A stretch of DNA of 64,000 nucleotides from Nemertoderma westbladi (taxonomy: Eukaryota > Animalia > Xenacoelomorpha): the NCBI GenBank assembly GCA_032718475.1, contig JAUCBJ010006472.1, positions 1 to 64,000 on the forward strand. The letters are read 5' to 3'. The notes under the pieces are model-generated. The model ran no database searches, had not been told where the DNA came from, and saw nothing but the letters and a program-made list of their open reading frames with translations. The translations under genes and the position numbers were made by a program. Each line of letters opens with the position of its first letter. Positions within the stretch are counted from its first letter, which is position 1. Below, one piece after another: positions 25,001-37,817 of this stretch.

Positions 25001-25813
25001 AAAGCAGCCGTTGGGAGTAATGTAATGACTTTTAGACACTTTTAGAAAAACTTTGAGAAAATCTCAAAGAACAGGATGCACTTTGAGACCGCGACTGTAC
25101 AGTAAAATAAGAATGCGAATTTTCATTCGTTGTAAAGGGCAAAAATTTACTTTTGAACCCAGAAAAAGTTTATTGACAATAAAACAAAAAATAACAAAAA
25201 GGTAATAAAACATTGTTGCGCGGATGTAGCTTACATGTATTTTACACATTTTTGTGTGGTACTGTATTGTTAAAAAATTTACAATAGTTTTTGAGTTATT
25301 AAAAAAAACAAAGTCTCCCCTAAAGTCAAGTGTCCCTCACTCACCACCCTACATACGTGATGACTGTACTTTATTCATCCACCAATTTGACACGGCACAT
25401 TACACTAGAGATTGGCTGGTAAAAATGAAAGTATTCTGAAGTACCTAGACCCATTTAAAACTCACTAGACCTACTGTAGACCCATTTGACCCTATACTTT
25501 TTTTTATCAAAATTTAAATTGTGAGCATTAGGGTTGGCCTAGGTTCTTGATCATTTCGTTGCCGTATTCGTAAACTAGAAGATTTTAATTTTATTTTATT
25601 CGATGTTCTTTCAACACATGTAATAATATTTTTTTAAGAATTTAAATCAATTTTACTTTACTTTTGTTCCGAAAAAAAAAGTAAAATCAATGTAATCCGA
25701 GAGATTACTGTACATTTTTCCCTAGGAAAAAACGTACAGTATAGGCTACAACTCCCTTTCACCCGATTTTAGGGAATGCAGTATATAGGCCTACAGTACG
25801 TATACTTATACAA

Positions 25814-25957
25814 ATAATAATTATTACCCACATTTGGAGTTATTTTCCCGTTTATTTACCCTCGTGTCAATTATATAAACTCGGCTTCGCACCGGATTAT
25901 TAATGACCCTCGGGCAAATAACTCAGAAAAAACTCAAAATGTGAGTAATAATTATTC
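25814..25957. mobile_element. Short imperfect hairpin element (Crypton-like MITE)
   Basis: AATAATTATTACCCACATTT ... AAATGTGAGTAATAATTATT inverted ends with central CTCGGCTTCGC; superfamily is inference. Confidence 0.45.
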
Positions 25958-28128
25958 AATAGGCCTACATACAGTTTTATTTTAAACGCCAATCAATGTC
26001 TACATTACTACAGTACAGTCGTCAATAACCAATTATTGCCATGGGCTATCTCGATACCGCTATTGTCTGGATAGGATGGGAACGATTACCGTATGTCCAG
26101 CCAGCTGTTGTGAAACGACTGCGAATGTAACAACAGCTGCGATATTATAGGCCTCATTGATAGAAAACAATAGAACTACTGAATATTGATAGAAAACAAT
26201 ATAACTACTGAATATACAGTAGAGACTAATCATAACTGATAATACTGAATATAGAGTGTTTCATATATGTCAATATAAGTGTTTCATACTACATACTACA
26301 GTATGTTAGAGTGAACGCGCTGTACTTAAAACATTTTTGGCTCAACAAGTAATTTATTATGAAATCTGACAGTGACTACTACACAGTACATATTACTTAC
26401 TAGGTCGAGCGAGCTCGGGTAGTGGAATAGGATTGGTGCGCGAAAAAATTGTTGGCGCTAGAAACAATTGAATACGGGGTAACAAGGTGCCCTGAATCTA
26501 GTGGCGGCGTGTGATTTATGTAAAAACACGAGGAAACGGTCGAAAATACGGGTTTAAGTAAGCGCCGGAAGCCAATTTTGTAAATGGGCTGTGATTGGAT
26601 GCTACATATTTGACGTCATTACGCAGTGCTCTGATAATTTCTTATCGTGGTTTCTATGGATAGAGATTTTCGATCGATTCAAATACATATTTTTTAAATC
26701 ATTACGCCCCCAAGCGAGGCAACTGGGAAATTTAATCATTATTTCAATAAATTGACCAGTGAATATAAATATGTTAAAATAGAATATAGGAACTACATAC
26801 ATGAATCGATTATTCAACTGAAAATTAATTATCTAATTAATTTATTATAATTAATACTAATTAATCAATCCGAAACGCAATGCTGTCAGTGTGGTCCAAC
26901 TGTCGCAAAGAGGCCCAAAGGGTGTCATAAGTGACACGCGCGGCTCTTTTATTTATTAATACTTCTTTATTTGTATTTAATTTTAATTTATTTATATTTA
27001 ATTATTTGTATTTGTATTTAATTTTAAATTAATTATTTATTTGTACTTTATTTTAAATTAATTAATTGTATTACTTTTACTTTATACATTGATTTATATT
27101 TTTAGAATTATCAATAATTAGTTTTTATCTTACAAATGACATCACTATGACATAATGTCTATATTTAGCTCTATGGTTTATAGATCCCTTGCTGGCAACT
27201 AATTACTCTATTGCATCCCACATACCGCATTTACAGTGAGCCGACCATCAACTACACTCATCGGCGGCCCCCCTCCTTTGTCATCGCCCCCATAACGTGC
27301 CACAGCGGGGGCCCTCTTAATATTCTTTGTGCTGCATCAGGATTGCCTCATTTAAGGAAGCCGCATCCCTATCGATAATCTAATTATGGTATCGCTTATC
27401 ATTTTCAGTATACTGTATAATTAAATAAGGCCCTCTTTTAATACTGTACATAAGTTTATGTATACAGTTTATCTTCAATTTAATTTGTTTTTATTTACAA
27501 CTCGAATTGTTCTACTGTATTATAATTTATGTTTTATAATAACAAGCTATATCCGGTTAATCTGTATTAATTTTCTTTGTACTGAGGTTATCGAGGGCGC
27601 TCTTTCCAATGGTCCTATTCTCAAAACGATCTAACCTACTGTATAATTAATTACTTAAGACTGCGAGGTATGCGTAATTAACAAATCTCGTTTACCAGTT
27701 TTCCTTAAAAACTATGAAGCCATATTGCTTAAGAGTTCTGCGGGGCTAGCTATGAGGCAAGATGTTTGAGAATAATTTAGATATATTATTACTTAATTTT
27801 GACCCCCCAGTCGGTATCTATTACAATATGGGCTACATCTTTTGCAGAATCACAGAGTAGTCTGAAATTCCCCAGTCTGCCGCTAGAGGGCGAATTGTCT
27901 CAAAGTGAAAACCATATAGTAGCTATGAATTGGTTACTAGGCAATAATACTGCATTTTGCAAAGTTAGGCCTATTGCTGACCGAATGAAAACTGCCCGGG
28001 TTCATGCGGGGATCGAACCCATGACATACGGGAGATGTGAATTCAACACAACCACTACACCAAGTGGAACAGTAACCTTCGAATTTGTTCGTTGACGTTC
28101 GAATTTGTAAGACTCTCATTTAAGACCT

Positions 28129-28453
28129 GACACAGACTATGCCTTACTGAGGCACAGACTATGCCTCACTGAGGCACTGAGGCACCGACTATGCCTCACT
28201 GAGGCACAGACTATGCCTCACTGAGGCACAGACTATGCCTCACTGAGGCTAAGACTATGCCTCACTGAGGCATTGAGGTATAAAATATGCCTCACTGAGG
28301 CATTGGGGCATGGACTATGCCTCCTGAGGCATAGTCATTGTCTCACTGAGGCACTGAGGCATAGACTATGCCTCACTGAGGCATAGACTATGCATCACTG
28401 AGGCATAGAATATGACTCATTGAGGCATAGACTATGCCTCACTGAGGCATAGT
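28129..28453 (+). repeat. 22-bp palindromic tandem repeat CAGACTATGCCTCACTGAGGCA, left arm
   Basis: Direct reading; internal palindrome TGCCTCA-C-TGAGGCA; 8-bp CTGAGGCA slippage units. Confidence 0.95.
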
Positions 28454-29036
28454 GCGATGCTGGGGGAATCTGGTTTGCGAGGGATATTTGAATGGTGAGT
28501 ATAACAATCCTTGAGAGTTAGTGTGACGTTATCTCACCATGGATGAGTTTTACCACTGTACTCGCATCTGCTCTCTCATTGGCTGCTCGATGCCTCAGAT
28601 TAAGGGTCTAAGGCTTTCAAGCTGTTTATTTGCTTAGTTTTCTAATTAGAAGGTCGTGAGTTCGAACCCTAGAAGAGCATCATTCTTTTTCCTAGCTCTT
28701 GGCTGACTCTAGTGTACACTAGCTTTGACTCAACCAGCTATAGTGATAGTATGCAACCTTGGGAGTTAATGCGCTGTCTTATGAGTAAAGGCCAAGTGAT
28801 TAGACTTCAGGTTGCCACTATTGGTTCACTCTTCTTAACTTTATAAAATAACTCAACCCTTATTTAAAGTTTTAAAAATTATCACTTAGTCGACTAATTT
28901 TCCAAAGTATTTTATATAAAACATATAATTTCTTGAATAAATAGACCTAATAGAAATAAATATTGTGGGATGTAAATACATTTATAATACTAGTATAATA
29001 ATAAGAAATAAGAAATAAAATAAGATAATAATAATA

Positions 29037-29068
<32 letters not shown>

Positions 29069-29151
29069 GGATAAATAGTTATAATACTAATATAATTGTT
29101 TTGGATAAATAGCCCTAATACTATTATGAAAGGAACTCAAACAAACAAATG

Positions 29152-30210
29152 TCAATAACGTCGCCCTGCGCAGGTATATACTGAACGAGAGATTTTTATC
29201 ATAGTTCTTCGAAAATTAGTAAAAGCTGGTTGATTTACTTTACTTTCATCTTCCTCATTACCCAACTGTTTCTTTATTTTATTCAATTGTACATTAATTT
29301 TCAATAATTTACTTTTATTTCCCAGAACCTGTCTTAATATCTTTTCTCTATTTTCTTCATTTTCTTCCATTTGTTTAATAAATTTTCGCATTTGATTTTT
29401 GTTTCCTAATATTTGTCTCAATATCTCTTCTTTATTTTTATCATTCTCTTCTAAATATTTAATAAATTTCTGTAATTTAATTTTACTTCCTAGAACTTGG
29501 GTCAATGTCGCCTCTTTATTTTCTTCATTTTCCTTTAAATGTTTAATGATTTTCCGCAATTTATTCTTATTTCCAAGTAATTGTCTCAACATTTCCTCAT
29601 TATCATCATTTTCATCCTCTTCTTCACTTTCCTGATCTTCACTTTCTTCACCATCTTTCTGACCTTCACTTTCTTCATCCTCTTCGCCACCTTCACGTTC
29701 TTCATCCTCTTCCCCACCTTCACTTTCTTCACCATCTTTCTGACCTTCACGTTCTTCATCCTCTTCCCCACCTTCACTTTCTTCACCATCTTTCTGACCT
29801 TCACGTTCTTCATCCTCTTCCCCACCTTCACTTTCTTCATCCTCCACCTGTTCTTCACTTTCTTCATCCTCTTCCTGTTCTTCACTTTCTTCATCCTCTT
29901 CCTGATCTTCACTTTCTTCCTGATCTTCACTTTATTCGTTCTCAACTACACTCTCTTCAACTTCATCCTGACCCTCACTATTTTCATTCTCCATCTCATC
30001 GAACTCTTCTTCTCCATCTTTCTCACTCAAATTTTCCTCATTTTCTAGGGGTAACTGTTTTTGTATCCCTTTCAAAATATTCATAACTTTATGAAATTTA
30101 TTTTCCATTGTCTGTTTTATCTTTAATATATCACGCTCATCTCTCTTTTTCTTTTCATCTTCACTAAAAATATCTTCGGATTTTTTAATTTTTTTTGGTA
30201 AAGGATCCAT
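29152..30210 (-). pseudogene. Acidic / 28-aa-repeat coiled-coil ORF of unknown function (about 352 codons, one in-frame stop)
   Basis: ORFs 29932-30306 and 29152-29847 share a frame and are separated by one TAA at 29932-29934 in a GAA-rich tract; ATG at 30210 (MDPLPKKIKK); four repeats of EEILRQILGNKNKLRKFIKQLEENEENK type. Confidence 0.6.
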
Positions 30211-31397
30211 TAGTTTTTCCTTTCTATGTGACGGGATCAAGGATCCCGACCGGATAGATTGTCTATGCGTCACCGTCGTCTTTAGGGGTGCTGGCAGTTT
30301 GGCCAAGGCCGTTGCGGAAAATATGGGAATTCGATGTTATCTCCTGGTGTTGTATAATAATATATGTGATAGCACAATGACTGAATAACTGAGTAGATTG
30401 GCAATAGTATGTGTCTGAATGTTGATGATATTTGGTGACGGTGAGAAAAATGTCACCGGTCTGCACTTAAACTGATGACTGAGTAACTGAACCGGTAATT
30501 AAATGCATTGACAATATATGTAATTACTCCTATGCTACTGTGGCCTTTCATCCAGTGGATGCTCTCCCCCGCCCCCTATTGGCAGATAATCTACTTCACG
30601 CCTCTCACCTCTCTGGGAGTGCTTCCCCCCCCCCCTTGTTGGCCCCTGTTGGTTATTTTCCCTCCCGAGGTGGTTTGACCTCTAACCTCCCTTTGTGTGG
30701 CTTTGGGGTTGTGTTGTCCCCGGTGTTGGATTGTGATACAAGATTAGTTATTGCCAATCTCGTACCTCCAACATATTACTGAAAATATGCCACTTCCCAT
30801 TTATGAGGGTAATGCAGCGGAACTGAATCCGCTTACATTCTATGTGTTTCCATATGACGAGATAGATTGTCTTGTTTCATTTCTTTACTACAAACCAAAC
30901 AACTTTCATGTCTATGCATTATATTATAGCAATGTCAATTGATAGTATTGTATTTTAGCTAAATGATTTTACAAACTTTTAAATAAATAAAACTTTTATG
31001 AAAATAAATAAAACTTTTTAAAATAAAAATTAGAGAATGAATGGGAATGCGGAATTATAGAGGGAGGCTAGAATGGATTATCCAATCAGAGTGCGAGGGT
31101 GAGTTAGGCAGCCAATCAGGACTCGATGGAGGAAAGTTAAGCAGCCCATGAGAGAGAAGATGCGAGTACAGTGGTAAAGCCCATCCATGATGAGATAACG
31201 TCACACTAACTCTCAAGGATAGTTATACTCACCATTCAAATATCCCTCGCAAACCAGATTCCCCCAGCATCTAAAGTATTCCACTTCAATGCAAAATATA
31301 TAGAGCTTTAGTTGGATTTGAACCTGTGCTTTTAAACTCTTTTGTGCTCGTATATTGTAATTTATTGTTCATATAATGCAATATAACTCGGCTATTT

Positions 31398-31785
31398 AGT
31401 CTGTGCCTCAGTGAGGCATAGTCTGTGCCTCAGTGAGGCATAGTCTATGCCTCAGTGAGTCATAGTCTATGCCTCAGTGAGGCATAGTCTATGCCTCAGT
31501 GAGGCATAGTCTATGCCTCAGTGAGGCATAGTCTATGCCTCAGTGCCTCAGTGAGGCATAGTCTGTGCCTCAGTGCCTCAGTGAGGCATAGTCTCTGCCT
31601 CAGTGAGGCATAGTCTGTGCCTCAGTGAGGAATAGTCTGTGCCTCAGTTAAGCATAGTCTGTGCCTCAGTGAGGCATAGTCTATGCCTCAGTGCCTCAGT
31701 GAGGCATAGTCTGCGCCTCAGTGCCTCAGTGAGGCATAGTCTGTGCCTCAGTGCCTCAGTGCCTCAGTGAGGCATAGTCTGTGTC
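31398..31785 (-). repeat. 22-bp palindromic tandem repeat, right arm (inverted)
   Basis: TGCCTCAGTGAGGCATAGTCT(G/A) array, reverse complement of 28129-28453. Confidence 0.95.
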
Positions 31786-32000
31786 AAGTCTTAAAGGAGA
31801 GTCTTACAAATTCGAACGTCAACGAACGAATTCGAAGGTTACTGTTCCACTTGGTGTAGTGGTTGTGTTGAATTCACATCTTCCGTATGTCATGGGTTTG
31901 ATCCCCCCATGAACCAGGGCAGTTTTCGTTCGGTCAGCAATACGCCTAACTTTGCAAAATTCAGTATTATTGCCTAGTAACCAATTCATAGCTACTATAT

Positions 32001-32175
32001 TGACTAATCAGGGGGGCAGGGTGCAGCAGTGAAGACAGCCGTAGTACAGTAGTACGTATGTACTGCTGTATAATCAGGAAGGATGTACCAATATCATAAA
32101 ACATAATATAATAATAATAAGATAAGCTACGCCATCTAGCGGGCATAGGCGTAGGGCTTATGGTGATACTACACA
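32001..32175 (-). mobile_element. Gypsy 3' LTR (about 175 bp)
   Basis: Minus strand: PPT AAAGAGGGG(TA), then TGTGTAGTAT...ATTAGTCA; similarity to the host TIR stops exactly at 32000. Confidence 0.75.
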
Positions 32176-32260
32176 TACCCCTCTTTAGGTGGGGTGGGGT
32201 TGGCGTAGCGCCTCAAAACAAATAGTTTATAGCCTAAACAATTTATTGCGGAGTTACGGG

Positions 32261-33885
32261 TTACTCTAGTTTGTTATACTCGCTGTTCGAGTAACGTAAG
32301 GGCGGTTTTATTATTCTCCCCGACCTAGTCTGGATTGGAGGGGTAACCGGTTGTGGGGCTGGCTGTGGCCTGGCGGCCATTTCAGCCCACGTTGGCTGTG
32401 GTAGGGCCGGTGTCGGAGGTGCCACTGGCTGCCTCGGTGTCTCTGGTTGAGGGGGGTCGCCCTGTGGTGGGGTCGGGGTGGCGCACCCCGTAGTGAAGTG
32501 GCGCTGCCGGAGTAGAACGCGGTTCCGGCGGAGTACGCGGCCACTGGTCTGTCGGACCAGGTAGTCGTGGTTGGGGAGGCCCTCAGCGATGGTTCCCTGG
32601 CCAGTCCAACGTTTGGTTGTCGGGTCCTGGATGAGGACTGGTGTCCCAACCGGCATAGCCTTAAGGCTGCGGGCGTGGTGGTCGTAATTTGCCGCGAGCT
32701 GGTTTTGATTGGTCGCGGATGTGGCGTCGAGCTCTGTGAAGGTCTTTTGCCACTTGGGATCAAACGCGGTGAAGTGGACGGGTAGGGCCTCCCTGACATT
32801 GCGGCCGTATAAAAGTTCCGCCGGGGAGCGGCCGCCGTAACGCGAGGTGTTGCGGAAGGCGAGGATGCCCTTCGCGATCTCGTCGGAGTTGTGGCGCGCC
32901 CCGCGGACCAACTTCTTTAGTGCTTTGACGGCCGCTTCGGCGCGGCCGTTGGTGCGCGGTAGGTAGGGCGTAGAGGGCTCCAGTCGGACACTCCAGTCGG
33001 ACAGGAATGACCGGACGGCGTCGGACACCAGCTGGGGCCCGTTGTCTGGACGGATAACGGTCGGTACCGCAGTGGCCAAGAAGAGGCGGCGGAGGCAGTC
33101 GATTATTACTGGGGAGGTTGAGTTCTGGCCGAGTTTGTAAAGGGTGGGCCAGCCGGTGAATTCGTCGGTCACAACGAGGTAGTTGGTGCCGTCTAGGACA
33201 AATATGTTGGTGTGTACTCTTTGGAACAGGCGGGTGGCGTCCGGGTTCCGTTGGAGTGGCACGATGGTGGGTGCGATGGGAGGGCTGCCTGACAGGGTTG
33301 GCAGCGCTCGACCGTCTGTTTGATGTCGTTGGGTATGGAGGGCCACCAGACGGAGCGACACGCCCTCTCCCGAGTTTTAGTGAGTCCCTGGTGGGCGGCG
33401 TGGAGTAGCCGGAGCGTCTCGGGACGGAGTTCGACGGGGATATAGAGCTGGGGCCCGCGGAAAATGACGCCATCGTGCACCATCAGCTCCGAGCGGAACT
33501 GGAAGTAGGGCCGCAGCTGGTCGTCGGTGACGTTGTGTTTGGACGTCGGCCAGCCGTCCCGGATGGTGGCGAGGAGCGCGCGGTACACAGGGTCGTGCTG
33601 CCCGGCCTCCCGGATCTGGTCGAGCCGCGCGTCCCGAGATTCGACCGACGGGGTGGCGGCGGATGCGGCGACGGCCGCGGAGACGATAAACTCCCGGTCG
33701 GCGTCGTCTTCCGGGGTGAGGAGGATGTCGTCGGAGGTTGGGGAGTTCCTGGGGGCGCGGGAGAAGGCGTCGGCGATTACGTATTTACTGCCGCGTTGGT
33801 GGCGGGCGGTGAAGTTAAAGCGCGACATCAACGTCTTTAACTTCAGCAGCCGATCGTTGCTGACCTGGTCCAACCGGCGGTCGTT
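32261..33885 (-). pseudogene. pol: Ty3/Gypsy pol 3' part (end of RNase H, integrase), frameshifted
   Basis: ADAFSR, HAAHQG...CQPC zinc domain, VTDEFTGWP, DNGPQ, NGRAEAAVK; frameshift near 33265; high GC. Confidence 0.92.
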
Positions 33886-33981
33886 CTAAAGGAGAAAATT
33901 AGTCACCAGGAGCATGAAGAGACTAATAAACAGATACTGAGACTCCTGCAATGCTATGAGGATTCCGAAAAGTATTTCCTG

Positions 33982-35361
33982 TTGTTGAGAAATCCGCAGA
34001 TGCGCTTAAGGGATCGATTCTCTAGCACAATGATAGATGGGTTAATACGTGTTGGAGGAAGACTAACCAATGCACCCTTATCCTTTGACACTAAATTCCC
34101 CATACTCATTAGAAATCTTGAAGTACAAATCAAGATGATTGTAGATGTTCACAGTAAGCTTTATCATGCTGGAAGAGAACGAGTTCTTAGCGAAATTCGA
34201 ACTCGCTATTATTTTGATAAACCCCGTAGGGCTCTGAACCAAGTTCTTAGGAACTGCATACCCTGTAGGAAAGCATTCAGTAGGCCTTTAACACAGCGAG
34301 AGGCAGAATTACCTAGGGAACGAGTAAGCTTCTATGAACCACCTTTTACTAATACTGGTGTAGATTTATTTGGCCCTATTGAAGTATATCGTGCGAGGAC
34401 TATAGTCAAGAGATGGTGTGTCATCTTCGTGTGCATGACTTGCAGAGCCATCCATCTCGATATGGTGAACGATCTATCTACCAACAGTTTCGTCTTAAGT
34501 TTACGACGACAGATCGCTCGCTTCGGTACGAGTAATACCATGAGATCGGACAAGGGAACGAACTTCATTGGTGCCAACAACGAAATACAGGCTTACGTAA
34601 AGGACTGGAACCAAAGACAGGTGGATGACCAGCTAAGGATAACAGCGTCTAGCTGGACCTTCAACGCCGCCGACGCCCCTTGGTGGGGAGGAAGTTGGGA
34701 GAGATTAATTAGAAGTGTTAAGACCGCATTTCACTTTATAGTGCCATGCCGTGCGTATCTCACCGACGAACTTTTGCGGACGTTAATGGAGGAAATAGCT
34801 GCCTATCTCAACGAGAGACCGCTTATGCCAGTCTCATCGAGTCCCGATTCCCTGGAAGCGCTAACACCTGCGCACTTCCTACTAAAGAAACCGGTAGCCA
34901 TGCTCCCACGATCGGAGATTGCCGACGGAGACGAATACTGCCGTCGAACTTGGCAACTTATGCAGTTGCTATCCCGTTGTTTCGCTGACCATTTCGAGAA
35001 ACATTACCTGCCCACACTACAACTTCGAACTAAGTGGTTTGCGCAGCAAGAAAACGTCAGCGCCGGAGATATGGTACTTATTGTAGATCCAGACCTCCCA
35101 CGTAAACGGTGGCAGACAGGTCGTATCATCGAGACCCATATCTCGGAGGATGGTTTAGTACGTTCAGTAGAACTCATCGTTATGCGGCGTAACTTCAAGA
35201 AGCCCGGTATAATCTTTGAGACGCAACAACTCAATCGCCCAGTTGGTCGTTTATGTTTACTGGAAAGAGACAGAGAACTCTCTGGAAACTATGGAAGACA
35301 AGACACTCTTCCCACGACCACCTCCCTAATTCCTCAAACATCTAGGGACTCCCAAACGTGA
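33982..35361 (+). CDS. pol: BEL/Pao pol, integrase region (5'-truncated)
   Basis: GLIRVGGRL, HSKLYHAG...CIPC, PFTNTGVDLFGP, RAIHLD, SDKGTNF, APWWGGSWERLIRSVK, LTPAHFL and RPVGRLCLL are hallmark BEL integrase motifs. Confidence 0.93.
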   Translation: MLRNPQMRLRDRFSSTMIDGLIRVGGRLTNAPLSFDTKFPILIRNLEVQIKMIVDVHSKLYHAGRERVLSEIRTRYYFDKPRRALNQVLRNCIPCRKAFSRPLTQREAELPRERVSFYEPPFTNTGVDLFGPIEVYRARTIVKRWCVIFVCMTCRAIHLDMVNDLSTNSFVLSLRRQIARFGTSNTMRSDKGTNFIGANNEIQAYVKDWNQRQVDDQLRITASSWTFNAADAPWWGGSWERLIRSVKTAFHFIVPCRAYLTDELLRTLMEEIAAYLNERPLMPVSSSPDSLEALTPAHFLLKKPVAMLPRSEIADGDEYCRRTWQLMQLLSRCFADHFEKHYLPTLQLRTKWFAQQENVSAGDMVLIVDPDLPRKRWQTGRIIETHISEDGLVRSVELIVMRRNFKKPGIIFETQQLNRPVGRLCLLERDRELSGNYGRQDTLPTTTSLIPQTSRDSQT

Positions 35362-36480
35362 TACGTCTGGAGTGGGTGTATGACTATGTTATTTATCTAT
35401 TTTATTACATTTTATATGCGAACTTTATTATGTACTTTATTATAATCGTTTTTATTCAATTTTTATTTAGTAGAATGTTATTTTAGGGATTATTTAGTAG
35501 ATTAGTGCAATATATTAGTGTTTATTACGTACATAATTACTTATAATATATATTTAGTGCGACGGCGAGAAATAATTTTTTCTCTTTCCTTACTGTCCGT
35601 ATCATATTATAAATACGTGACTACAGTAAGATGAAATGTCCGTACTTCTTAAAGTACAATAAAGCCACTACTATATTCAAGTAGTAGGTAGGCAGAGTAT
35701 TAGGAATGCAAAGTTCAGATCCTCGTGTCTCGGCTAAACCAAGCTCTGGGTAGACCTTGGAAACGACTTGCCTCTTCACACTGACATTGCTTCGTGCGAT
35801 ATTGCTCTTCTACCTTATAACAAATAATACATATAGTAGCGTGATGTCCCTCTAACAGTAGCGTAAATCGCAAATAAATCTGTTAAACTTTTTGACCATC
35901 TGTAATTCTAGTCGATTAAGATATCGTGGCACCCACCGATATACTTGAAAGACAAATTCTAGAATCAGTGGTTAACGTCCCCAGACAAGTTCTGGAATAA
36001 ATCGGTGCTCATCCTAAATATTAATTTAATATTTATTAAAATCTGTAAAATCCCGATCCTTTAAAATTTCTAGTCAATTAAGATATCGCAGTATTTACCG
36101 ATATTCTTAGAAGGACTATTTTATAGAATTAAGGATCCTAAGTTCCCAGATATGCTCTGGAATAAAATTTATGTCAATTTAACATCAAATAATAAAATTC
36201 ACGGGAATAAATTTAAATTCATATTCAAATGAATTTCATAAATTGTCATTTTTTGCAATTTATAACATTCCCAAAATTCCAGTAATTAATAGATCATGGG
36301 AGCGGAGATTCATATTGAGTGTATTAAAGTGCGAGAATCTCCAACATATAGTCAATAGCCGATAAAATTTATAAAATCATGCATAAAGAGGATATTGACA
36401 ACTAAAGAATTACTATTAAATAACATCCCAGATCTGTATGCATGAGAATTACCCTAATTCTACCGCTAGTTTTCCATAAT

Positions 36481-37817
36481 TTTGGGTTGTTGTCACAGGC
36501 ATGCTGAGTTATATATGGAATTTACAACCTTATATAGGACGGCAGGATAAACGTGAAGTGAACCAGGGCCAGAGGGTTGTTTTGCAGCTAACTGAAGGTT
36601 TGTCTGGGAGAAATATTACTACTGATAATTTCTATACATCGTATAATTTGGGACAGTTACTAAAGAAACGCAATCAAACATTAGTTGGCACAGTCAGAAA
36701 GAATTAGCCCGAATTACCGAAGGAGTTTGTTGATCCCAAGAACCGAGTTCTGTACAGCTCAATATTTGGACATAGAGATGATACAACCATTCTATCATAT
36801 TGTCGAAAAAAACACTACAATAAATATAAAAAAACACTACAATAAATATAAAGGTGGTGTAGATTCGGCTGACAAGTGTTTGTCTACTTATACTGTAAAG
36901 AGGAAGACACGCCGATGGCCAGTGGCTGTATTCAGCAACATGGTAGATATTGCAGCCTATAATGCTTACATTATATGGGTTGTTCCCTGATTGGAAGAAA
37001 GGAAAGCTCTACCGACGACGATTATTTCTAGAACGCCTTGGCCGCGAATTTATTGGGCCATTTATGATGGCCAGATCCACTATGCCACGGTCACAAGCCG
37101 CTATTGATATCATTAACGTCGCCCATGCCCAAGAAGATGAGAGATCTTCCGGAAACTCAAAGTCATACTCTTCCATTTCTGAATACAACCACGACCACAA
37201 GCGGGGTCGTTGCTCATTACATGACCGAGCCAGTGATGTAAAAACTGTACTAGTATGCACGAAATGTAAGAACTTTGCCTGTCAAGCCCACGCAGTTGCT
37301 ATATGTACGAGCTGCATAGGATCTCTGCTGTAATATTCAGCACACTACGAATTATATTGAATAATATTGAATATTATGTTTCAATAGTAGCCAAATTTAA
37401 ATGCTTACTTGAACAATGGGTAAATTGGGCAATGGGGTGGGTGGGTGGGTTGGTAGGGTTTGTCATATTTACATGCCAGATTGAGACAAAATAACAGGGT
37501 ATCCAGTTTGTTTGTAGGCAAATAATATTTAAATTACACTATCATCATTAAAATATCCTTTTGGGTGATCCACAAATTACTTGAAGAATTTTAATAAACT
37601 ATAAAATGCTTTTATTTATGTAGTACAAAATATACTTCACGTGCTGCGCGAAGTTTCCAAGAGTGTTGATATGTTTTAAAAATGTCAATTAATGTAGGAG
37701 TATTCTAATATTTACAAATATTATGGAACTTGTACCTATTTTAATAGTAAAATATACTGGGGTCGCAAACGACCCCAAGGGACACCAATACAAATTAGAA
37801 TAAGGTACGTATGAAGG
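36481..37817 (+). mobile_element. piggyBac 3' fragment with degraded transposase
   Basis: TTDNFYTS, VGTVRKN, YNKYKGGVD, RRWP, NAYI and a C-terminal Cys-rich domain (36501-37333); subterminal GGGGTCG-CAAA-CGACCCC; ends ...ATGAAGG then TTAA at 37818-37821; flanked by a 65-bp direct repeat. Confidence 0.9.

Noticed and set aside
24650-25097. Tc1-like element ending ...GAGACCGCGACTG then TA, with TCTCAAAG repeats
   Set aside because: Only one terminus found; cannot be delimited.
27985-28075. Functional tRNA gene
   Set aside because: A and B boxes are present but I could not fold a cloverleaf; treated as SINE-like.
29399-30048. Phe-rich plus-strand and Lys-rich alternative-frame ORFs
   Set aside because: Antisense or shifted readings of the acidic repeat tract.
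28129-31785. Palindromic repeat arrays as CRISPR
   Set aside because: No unique spacers, no cas genes, eukaryotic context.
32311-33889. Extra Arg/Pro-rich ORFs over Gypsy pol
   Set aside because: Shadows of high-GC pol sequence.
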